Assembly (NCBI GenBank): GCA_040954595.2 | Contig: CM082582.2 | Coordinates: 682,001-746,000 of the forward strand | DNA: 64,000 bases | Direction of reading: 5' to 3' | Origin: Balanoglossus misakiensis | Lineage: Eukaryota; Animalia; Hemichordata | Shown here: in pieces, positions 1-10,200 of the stretch | How positions within the stretch are numbered: the stretch's first letter is position 1 | How the letters are laid out: each line of letters starts with the position of its first letter | Program-made: the position numbers and the translations under genes | Notes under the pieces: model-generated | What the model saw: the letters and a program-made list of their open reading frames with translations, nothing else | Databases searched by the model: none | Told to the model about the DNA's origin: nothing

Positions 1-180
1 ATCTGACTTGATCACCGTTGCTAACGTACGCTAGTGTCTGTCATATTGTGACGGAGATTTAGCCGAGCCAGGCCGTAGAAAAATCGACTTGTTCAACGTT
101 ACCAGTGTGCAACTGTTTCTGCTCTAGAGTGTCAGGGTTTTAGCCGACTTATGCTGTAGGAAATCTGAGTTGATGAACGG

Positions 181-1135
181 GAATTCAATGTTAGAAAACC
201 CGTGTGGAAAGTATCTCTACCCGTTTGAAACTAAGAAAAGAATTTATTCTTATTTATTTTGTAAAAAAGACAATTTTTCGAAAAAAAAGTCGAAAAATTG
301 CAATTTTGTCTTGGGTGATTCAAATTATACCGCCTTTTCTGGAATTTGCAGCACTTTTTACAAGAGAACGACACTTCATGCTCCATAATATTTCCGAAAA
401 TGAAGAAAAGAGTTAATTTTTTATGATTTTTCAAAAATTTACCATTTTTGTCACAATATGGCCAAAATGGCTATTTTTCTTGAATTCCGTCAATATCTCA
501 GCATTTTTGGAGTAGTCGAGAGTTTTAACATACAATCAACATGTCATATATGATCAGGGCACCAAATTCGAAGAACAAAGGTTTTTTTTTTTTTTTTTTC
601 TAAAAATGACATTTTCAAGGAAAATTTGGTAAACGCAATTTTGTCTGCAGTGAGCCAAATTAGACGGTCTTTTGTGGAAATTGTATCGATATATACATAC
701 GAAGAGCATTTTACACTCCATCAGATTTCCGAAAATGTAGAAAACAGGTATTTTTTGTAAATTTCAAAAATTTACCATTTTGACTAAATTGTGGCTAAAA
801 TTGTTATTTTCGTGATGAATGCCGCCAGTGTCACTGCTTTTAAAAGTCATAAAAACTTTTAACATACAAGCAATTGTTTATATATGATCAGGTCACCGAA
901 TTAAAAAAATAAAGAATGTTTTGCCTAAAAATGACCTTTTTGGTGCAAAAACGAATAAAACGCAATCTTGTATTAAATCAGTTCATTCAGAGTGCATGTT
1001 TTATAATAAGCACCAATTTTACATATAATGGAAATTTCATACATCATCAGATATCCAAATATGAAAAAATGATTTAGATTTTAGATGATTGTCCAAAATT
1101 AGCTGATATCTAATAAATGTAGTATTGAACCGTTC
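181..1135 (+). repeat. AT-rich domain of the unit (example copy): about 5.5 diverged ~167 bp monomers in ~335 bp dimers
   Basis: The homologous anchor ATAAT/ATCAG falls at 385, 553, 720, 887 and 1046 (steps 168, 167, 167, 159). Alternate monomers are closer: TATATGATCAGGGCACCAAATT vs TATATGATCAGGTCACCGAATT, and TTTCCGAAAATG at 391 and 726. Many A and T tracts. Confidence 0.85.
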
Positions 1136-1389
1136 TGCCCCCCCCCCCCCTTACATTATATGCGGTACGCCGATGTCAGCTTACCCGGCAGTACTGTAGG
1201 CCGTGCCCCCAACAAACGTCGGTGTTTGAAACGCCCTGGTTAAATTCGGGCTCTCTCTATAAATCGACAGGCAATAATGCAGTCCTACCGGAACAAATGT
1301 CAAGTGTTGAACCGCTGTGACTTTCCCTGTTCGGTTTGCCCGACTTGCACTAGACTTGTACTAGAGTGTCGGGTCTTTTGCAGAGCCAG
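1136..1389 (+). other. Linker of the unit (example copy): poly-C tract plus ~240 bp without internal periodicity
   Basis: Present once per intact unit between the AT domain and the first 81-mer. Its last ~35 bp (CTAGAGTGTCGGGTCTTTTGCAGAGCCAG) resemble a monomer tail. Confidence 0.8.
1138..1150 (+). repeat. Poly-C homopolymer (example copy; one per intact unit)
   Basis: C13 here; 6 C near 21640, 7 near 27790 and 42440, 14 near 23690, 16 near 38340. Confidence 0.95.
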
Positions 1390-2232
1390 GCCGAAGGAAA
1401 TCCGACTTGATCACCGTTGCTAACGAACGCTAGTGTCTGTCATGGTGTGCCGGGGTTTTAGTCGAGCCAGGCCGTAGGAGATCTGACTTGATCATCGTGG
1501 TCAATGTACGCGTGTTTCCGCTCTAAAGTGCCGGGGCTTCAGCTAAACCAGGCCGTAGGAAATCCGACGTAATCACCGTTGATAACTTACGCCAGTCTGT
1601 GTCATATAGAGCCGGTGCACCAGCCGAGTCACGCCGTAGGAAATCTGACTTGATCAACGTGGTCAATGTACGCCTGTTTCTGCTCTAGAGTGCCGGGGCT
1701 TCAGCTGAGCCAGGCCGTAAGAAAACCCGACGTGATTACCGTTGTTAACTTACGCCAGTCTGTGTCCTATATATAGTGCCGGGGCATCAGCCGTGCCAGG
1801 CCGAAGGAAATGTGAGAAGATCAACGTGGTCTCTGTACGCGTGTTTCTGCTCTAGAGTGCCAGGGCTTTAGTTAAGCCATGCCGTAGGAAATCTGACTTG
1901 ATCAAAGTTGCTAACGAACGCTAGTGTCTGTCATAGTGTGCCGGGGTTTTAGTCGAGCCAAGCCGTAGGAGATCAGACTTGATCAACGTGGTCTCTGTAC
2001 GCGTGTTTCTGCTCTAGAGTGCCGGGGCTTTATCCAAGCCATGCCGTAGTAAATCTGACTTGATCACCGTTGCTAACGTACGCTAGTGTCTGTCATATTG
2101 TGACGGAGATTTAGCCGAGCCAGGTCGTAGAAAAATCGACTTGTTCAACGTTACCAGTGTGCAACTGTTTCTGCTCTAGAGTGTCAGGGTTTTAGCCGAC
2201 TTATGCTGTAGGAAATCTGAGTTGATGAACGG
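1390..2232 (+). repeat. GC-richer domain of the unit (example copy): 10 alternating A/B monomers of 81 bp (162 bp dimer)
   Basis: Monomer starts GCCG(T/A)AGGA at 1390, 1471, 1552, 1633, 1714, 1800, 1881, 1962, 2043, 2124 and a partial at 2205. Type A carries ACCGTTGCTAACGAACGCTAGTGTCTGTCAT; type B carries ACGTGGTCAATGTACGCGTGTTTCTGCTCTAGAGT. One A monomer is ~85 bp because of a TATATA expansion. Confidence 0.95.
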
Positions 2233-3104
2233 GAATTCAATGTTAGAAAACCCGTGTGGAAAGTATCTCTACCCGTTTGAAACTAAGAAAAGAATTTATT
2301 CTTATTTTTTTTCTAAAAATGACATTTTCAAGGAAAATTTGGTAAAACGCAATTTTGTCTGCAGTGAGCCAAATTAGACGGTCTTTTGTGGAATTTGTAT
2401 CGATATATACATACAAAGAGCATTCTATACTCCATCAGATTTCCGAAAATGTAGAAAACATGTATTTTTTGTAATTTTCAAAAATTTACCATTTTGACCA
2501 AATTGTGGCTAAAATTGTTATTTTCGTGTTGAATGCCGCCAGTGTCACTGCTTTTAAAAGTCATAAAAATTTTCAACATACAAGCAATTGTTTATATATG
2601 ATCAGGTCACCGAATTAAAAAAATAAAGAATGTTTTGCCTAAAAATGACCTTTTTGGTGCAAAAACGAATAAAACGCAATTTTGTATTAAATCAGCTCAT
2701 TCAGAGTGCATTTTTTATAATCAGCACCATTTTTACATATAATGGAAATTTCATACATCATCAGATATCCAAATATGAAAAAATGATTTAGATTTTAGAT
2801 GATTGTCCAAAATTAGCTGATATTTAATAAATGTAGTATTGAACCGTTCTGTCCCCCCCCCCCCTACATTATATGCGGTACGCCGATGTCAGCTTACCCG
2901 GCAGTACTGCAGGCCGTGCCCCCAACTAACGTCGGTGTTTGAAGCGCCCTGGTTAAATTCGGGCTTTCTCTATAAATTAACAGGCAATAATGCAGTCCTA
3001 CCCGAACAAATGTCGAGTGTTGACCCGCTGTGACTTTCCCTCTTCGGTTTGCCCGACTTAGCCAACGTCTTTGTACTAGAGGGTCGGGTCTTTTGCCGAG
3101 CCAG

Positions 3105-4246
3105 GCCGAAGGAAATCCGACTTGATCACCGTTTCTAACGAACGCTAGTGTCTGTCATGGTGTGCCGGGGTTTTAGTCGAACCAGGCCGTAGGAAATCTG
3201 ACTTGATCAACGTGGTCAATGTACGCCTGTTTCTGCTCTAGAGTGCCGGGGCTTCAGCTGATCCAGGCCGTAGGAAACCCGACGTGATTACCGTTGTTAA
3301 CTTACGCCAGTTTGTGTCCTATATATAGTGCCGGGGCATCAGCCGTGCCAGGCCGAAGGAAATGTGAATAGATCAATGTGGTCTCTGTACGCGTGTTTCT
3401 GCTCTAGAGTGCCAGGGCTTTAGCCAAGCCATGCCGTAGAAAATCTGACTTGATCACCGTTGCTAACGAACGCTAGTGTCTGTCATAGTGTGCCGGGGTT
3501 TTAGTCGAGCCAAGCCGTAGGAGATCTGACTTGATCATCGTGGTCAATGTACGCGTGTTTCCGCTCTAAAGTGCCGGGGCTTGAGCTAAACCAGGCCGTA
3601 GGAAATCCGACGTAATCACCGTTGATAACTTACGCCAGTCTGTGTCATATAGAGCCGGTGCACCAGCGGAGTCACGCCGTAGGACATCTGACTTGATCAA
3701 CGTGGTCAATGTACGCCTGTTTCTGCTCTAGAGTGCCGGGGCTTCAGCTGAGCCAGGCCGTAGGAAACCCGACGTGATTACCGTTGTTAACTTACGCCAG
3801 TCTGTGTCCTCTATATAGTGCCGGGGCATCAGCTGTGCCAGGCCGAAGGAAATGGGAGTAGATCAACGTGGTCTCTGTACGCGTGTTTCTGCTCTAGAGT
3901 GCCAGGGCTTTAGCCAAGCCATGCCGTAGGAAATCTGACTTGATCAACGTTGCTAACGAACGCTAGTGTCTGTCATAGTGTGCCGGGGTTTTAGTCGAAC
4001 CAAGCCCTAGGAGATCAGACTTGATCAACGTGGTCTCTGTACGCGTGTTTCTGCTCTAGAGTGCCGGGGCTTTATCCCAGCCATGCCGTAGAAAATCTGA
4101 CTTGATCACCGTTGCTAACGTGCGCTAGTGTCTGTCATATTGTGACGGAGATTTAGCCGAGCCAGGCCGTAGAAAAATCGACTTGTTCAACGTTACCAGT
4201 GTGCAACTGTTTCTGCTCTAGAGTGTCAGGGTTTTAGCCGACTTAT
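3105..4246 (+). repeat. Expanded 81-mer domain, 14 monomers (+328 bp)
   Basis: Starts at 3105, 3186, 3267, 3352, 3433, 3514, 3595, 3676, 3757, 3842, 3923, 4004, 4085, 4166; total 1142 bp = 12x81 + 2x85. Confidence 0.92.
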
Positions 4247-7200
4247 GCTGTAGGAAATCTGAGTTGATGAACGGGAATTCAATGTTAGAAAACCCGTGTG
4301 GAAAGTATCTCTACCCGTTTGAAACTATGAAAAGAATTTATTCTTATTTATTTTGTAAAAAAAGACAATTTTTCGAAAAAAAGTTGAAAATGGTAATTTT
4401 GTCTTGGGTGATTCAAATTATACCGCCTTTTCTGCAATTTGCAGCACTTTTTGCAAGAGAACGACACTTCATGCTCCATAATATTTCCGAAAATGAAGAA
4501 AAGAGTTAATTTTTTATGATTTTTCAAAAATTTACCATTTTTGTCAAAATATGGCCAAAATGTCTATTTTTCTTGAATTCCGTCAATATCTCTGCATTTT
4601 TGGAGTGGTCGAGAGTTTTAACATACAATCAACATGTCATATATGATCAGGGCACCAAATTCGAAGAACAAAGGTTTTTTTATTTTTTTTTCTAAAAATG
4701 ACATTTTCAAGCAAAATTTGGTAAAACGCAATTTTGTCTGCAGTGAGCCAAATTAGACGGTCTTTTGTGGAATTTGTATCGATATATACATACGAAGAGC
4801 ATTCTATACTCCATCAGATTTCCGAAAATGTAGAAAACAGGTATTTTTTGTAATTTTCAAAAAATTACCATTTTGACCAAATTGTGGCTAAAATTGTTAT
4901 TTTCGTGATGAATGCCGCCAGTGTCACTGCTTTTAAAAGTCATAAAAACTTTTAACATACAAGCAATTGTTTATATATGATCAGGTCACCGAATTAAAAA
5001 TATAAAGAATGTTTTGCCTAAAAATGACCTTTTTGGTGCAAAAACGAATAAAACGCAATCTTGTATTAAATCAGTTCATTCAGAGTGCATGTTTTATAAT
5101 AAGCACCATTTTTACATATAATGGAAATTTCATATATCATCAGATATCCAAATATGAAAAAATGATTTAGATTTTAGATGATTGTCCAAAATTAGCTGAT
5201 ATCTAATAAATGTAGTATTGAACCGTTCTGTCCCCCCCCCCCTTACATTATATGCGGTACGCCGATGTCAGCTTACCCGGCAGTACTGCAGGCCGTGCCC
5301 CCAAATAACGTCGGTGTTTGGAACGCCCTGGTTAAATTCGGGCTTTCTCTATAAATTGACAAGCAATAATGCAGTCCTACCCGAACAAATGTCGAGTGTT
5401 GACCCGCTGTGACTTTCCCTCTTCGGTTTGCCCGACTTAGCCAACGTCTTTGTACTAGAGTGTCGGGTCTTTTGCAGAGCCAGGCCGAAGGAAATCCGAC
5501 TTGATCACCGTTGCTAACGAACGCTAGTGTCTGTCATGGTGTGCCGGGGTTTTAGTCGAGCCAGGCCGTAGGAGATCTGACTTGATCATCGTGGTCAATG
5601 TACGCGTGTTTCCGCTCTAAAGTGCCGGGGCTTTAGCTAAACCAGGCCGTAGGAAATCCGACGTAATCACCGTTGATAACTTACGCCAGTCTGTGTCATA
5701 TAGAGCCGGGGCACCAGCCGAGTCACGCCGTAGGAAATCTGACTTGATCAACGTGGTCAATGTACGCCTGTTTCTGCTCTAGAGTGCCGGGGCTTCAGCT
5801 GAGCCAGGCCGTAGGAAACCCGACGTGATTACCGTTGTTAACTTACGCCAGTCTGTGTCCTATATATAGTGCCGGGGCATCAGCCGTGCCAGGCCGAAGG
5901 AAATGTGAGTAGATCAACGTGGTCTCTGTACGCGTGTTTCTGCTCTAGAGTGTCAGGGCTTTAGCAAAGCCATGCCGTAGGAAATCTGACTTGATCAACG
6001 TTGTTAACGAACGCTAGTGTCTGTCATAGTGTGCCGGGGTTTTAGTCGAGCCAAGCCGTAGGAGATCAGACTTGATCAACGTGGTCTCTGTACGCGTGTT
6101 TCTGCTCTAGAGTGCCGGGGCTTTATCCAACCCATGCCGTTGAAAATCTGACTTGATCACCGTTGCTAACGTACGCTAGTGTCTGTCATATTGTGACGAG
6201 ATTTAGCCGAGCCAGGCCGTAGAAAAATCGACTTGTTCAACGTTATCAGTGTGCAACTGTTTCTGCTCTAGAGTGTCAGGGTTTTAGCCGACTTATGCTG
6301 TAGGAAATCTGAGTTGATGAACGGGAATTCAATGTTAGAAAACCCGTGTGGAAAGTATCTCTACCCGTTTGAAACTAAGAAAAGAATTTATTCTTGTTTA
6401 TTTTTTAAAAAAGACAATTTTTCGAAAAAAAGTCGAAAAATTGCAATTTTGTCTTGGGTGATTCAAATTATACCGCCTTTTCTGGAATTTGCAGCACTTT
6501 TTACAAGAGAACGACACTTCATGCTCCATAATATTTCCGAAAATGAAGAAAAGAGTTTATTTTTTATGATTTTTTAAAAATGTACCATTTTGTCAAAATA
6601 TGGCCAAAATGGCTATTTTTTCTTGAATTCCGTCAATATCTCTGCATTTTTGGAGTGGTCGAAAGTTTTAACATACAATCAACATGTCATATATGATCAG
6701 GGCACCAAATTCGAAGAACGAAGGTTTTTTTATTTTATTTTTCTAAAAATGACATTTTCAAGAAAAATTTGGTAAAACGCAATTTTGTCTGCAGTGAGCC
6801 AAATTAGACGGTCTTTTGTGGAATTTGTATCGATATATATATACGAAGAGCATTCTATACTCCATCAGATTTCCGAAAATGTAGAAAACAGGTATTTTTT
6901 GTAATTTTCAAAAATTTACCATTTTGACAAATTGTGGCTAAAATTGTTATTTTCGTGTTGAATGCCGCCAGTGTCACTGCTTTTAAAAGTCATAAAAACT
7001 TTTAACATGCAAGCAATTGCTTATATATGATCAGGCCACCGAATTAAAAAAATAAAGAATGTTTTGCCTAAAAATGACCTTTTTGGTGCAAAAACGAATA
7101 AAACGCAATTTTGTATTAAATCAGCTCATTCAGAGTGCATTTTTTATAATCAGCACCATTTTTACATATATTGGAAATTTCATACATCATCAGATATCCA

Positions 7201-10200
7201 AATATGAAAAAATGATTTAGATTTTAGATGATTGTCCAAAATTAGCTGATATCTAATAAATGTAGTATTGAACCGTTCTGCCCCCCCCCCCTACATTATA
7301 TGCGGTACGCCGATGTCAGCTTACCCGGCAGTACTGCAGGCCGTGCCCCCAAATAACGTCGGTGTTTGAAACGCCCTGGTTAAATTCGGGCTTTCTCTAT
7401 AAATTGACAGGCAATAATGCAGTCCTACCCGAACAAATGTCGAGTGTTGACCCGCTGTGACTTTCCCTCTTCGGTTTGCCCGACTTAGCCAACGTCTTTG
7501 TACTAATGTGTCGGGTCTTTTGCAGAGCCAGGCCGAAGGAAATCCGACTTGATCACCGTTGCTAACGAACGCTAGTGTCTGTCATGGTGTGCCGGGGTTT
7601 TAGTCGAGCCAGGCCGTAGGAGATCTGACTTGATCATCGTGGTCAATGTACGCGTGTTTCCGCTCTAAAGTGCCGGGGCTTCAGCTAAACCATGCCGTAG
7701 GAAATCCGACGTAATCACCGTTGATAACTTACGCCAGTCTGTGTCATATAGAGCCGGTGGACCAGCCGAGTCACGCCGTAGGAAATCTTACTTGATCAAC
7801 GTGGTCAATGTACGCCTGTTTCTGCTCTAGAGTGCCGGGGCTTCAGCTGAGCCAGGCCGTGGGAAACCCGACGTGATTACCGTTGTTAACTTACGCCAGT
7901 TTGTGTCCTATATATAGTGCCGGGGCATCAGCCGTGCCAGGCCGAAGGAAATGTGAGTAGATCAACGTGGTCTCTGTACGCGTGTTTCTGCTCTAGAGTG
8001 CCAGGGCTTTAGCCAAGCCATGCCGTAGGAAATCTGACTTGATCAACGTTGCTAACGAACGCTAATGTCTGTCATAGTGTGCCGGGGTTTTAGTCGAGCC
8101 AAGCCGTAGGAGATCAGACTTGATCAACGTGGTCTCTGTACGCGTGTTTCTGCTCTAGAGTGCCGGGGCTTTATCCAACCCATGCCGTAGAAAATCTGAC
8201 TTGATCACCGTTGCTAACGTACGCTAGTGTCTGTCATATTGTGACGGAGATTTAGCCGAGCCAGGCCGTAGAAAAATCGACTTGTTCAACGTTACCAGTG
8301 TGCAACTGTTTCTGCTCTAGAGTGTCAGGGTTTTAGCCGACTTATGCTGTAGGAAATCTGAGTTGATGACGGGAATTCAATGTTAGAAAACCCGTGTGGA
8401 AAGTATCTCTACCCGTTTGAAACTAAGAAAAGAATTTATTCTTATTTATTTTGTAAAAAAGACAATTTTTCGAAAAAAAGTCGAAAAATTGCAATTTTGT
8501 CTTGGGTGATTCAAATTATACCGCCTTTTCTGGAATTTGCAGCACTTTTTACAAGAGAACGACACTTCATGCTCCATAATATTTCCGAAAATGAAGAAAA
8601 GAGTTTATTTTTTATGATTTTTTAAAAATGTACCATTTTGTCAAAATATGGCCAAAATGGCTATTTTTTCTTGAATTCCGTGAATATCTCTGCATTTTTG
8701 GAGTGGTCGAAAGTTTTAACATACAATCAACATGTCATATATGATCAGGGCACCAAATTCGAAGAACGAAGGTTTTTTTATTTTATTTTTCTAAAAATGA
8801 CATTTTCAAGAAAAATTTGGTAAAACGCAATTTTGTCTGCAGTGAGCCAAATTAGACGGTCTTTTGTGGAATTTGTATCGATATATATATACGAAGAGCA
8901 TTCTATACTCCATCAGATTTCCGAAAATGTAGAAAACAGGTATTTTTTGTAATTTTCAAAAATTTACCATTTTGACCAAATTGTGGTTAAAATTGTTATT
9001 TTCGTGTTGAATGCCGCCAGTGTCACTGCTTTTAAAAGTCATAAAAACTTTTAACATGCAAGCAATTGCTTATATATGATCAGGCCACCGAATTAAAAAA
9101 ATAAAGAATGTTTTGCCTAAAAATGACCTTTTTGGTGCAAAAACGAATAAAACGCAATTTTGTATTAAATCAGCTCATTCAGAGTGCATTTTTTATTATC
9201 AGCACCATTTTTACATATATTGGAAATTTCATACATCATCAGATATCCAAATATGAAAAAATGATTTAGATTTTAGATGATTGTCCAAAATTAGCTGATA
9301 TCTAATAAATGTAGTATTGAACCGTTCTGCCCCCCCCCCCTACATTATATGCGGTACGCCGATGTCAGCTTACCCGGCAGTACTGCAGGCCGTGCCCCCA
9401 AATAACGTCGGTGTTTGAAACGCCCTGGTTAAATTCGGGCTTTCTCTATAAATTGACAGGCAATAATGCAGTCCTACCCGAACAAATGTCGAGTGTTGAC
9501 CCGCTGTGTCTTTCCCTCTTCGGTTTGCCCGACTTAGCCAACGTCTTTGTACTAATGTGTCGGGTCTTTTGCAGAGCCAGGCCGAAGGAAATCCGACTTG
9601 ATCACCGTTGCTAACGAACGCTAGTGTCTGTCATGGTGTGCCGGGGTTTTAGTCGAGCCAAGCCGTAGGAGATCTGACTTGATCATCGTGGTCAATGTAC
9701 GCGTGTTTCCGCTCTAAAGTGCCGGGGCTTCAGCTAAACCATGCCGTAGGAAATCCGACGTAATCACCATTGATAACTTACGCCAGTCTGTGTCATATAG
9801 AGCCGGTGCACCAGCCGAGTCACGCCGTAGGAAATCTTACTTGATCAACGTGGTCAATGTACGCCTGTTTCTGCTCTAGAGTGCCGGGGCTTCAGCTGAG
9901 CCAGGCCGTGGGAAACCCGACGTGATTACCGTTGTTAACTTACGCCAGTTTGTGTCCTATATATAGTGCCGGGGCATCAGCCGTGCCAGGCCGAAGGAAA
10001 TGTGAGTAGATCAACGTGGTCTCTGTACGCGTGTTTCTGCTCTAGAGTGCCAGGGCTTTAGCCAAGCCATGCCGTAGGAAATCTGACTTGATCAACGTTG
10101 CTAACGAACGCTAATGTCTGTCATAGTGTGCCGGGGTTTTAGTCGAGCCAAGCCGTAGGAGATCAGACTTGATCAACGTGGTCTCTGTACGCGTGTTTCT

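Noticed and set aside
1112-1262. AATAAA and TATAAA as polyadenylation and TATA signals
   Set aside because: Expected by chance in this composition, with no associated gene.
1151-1389. Tandem RNA gene (5S rRNA, tRNA, snRNA, SL RNA) in the linker; GGTTAAATTC resembles a Pol III B box
   Set aside because: No recognisable 5S or snRNA sequence or cloverleaf, the B-box match lacks the invariant C, and no clear A box or terminator. An Rfam search would be needed to exclude a divergent RNA.
1390-2232. CRISPR-like look of the 81-mers (conserved part plus variable part)
   Set aside because: The variable parts are homologous A/B types that recur in every unit rather than unique spacers; no cas genes; the context includes a LINE fragment.
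1390-2232. 81 bp equals 27 codons, so possibly a repeat-protein exon
   Set aside because: Stop codons appear within one or two monomers in the frames I read on both strands, the 85 bp monomer breaks frame, and the ORF track shows nothing spanning the domain.
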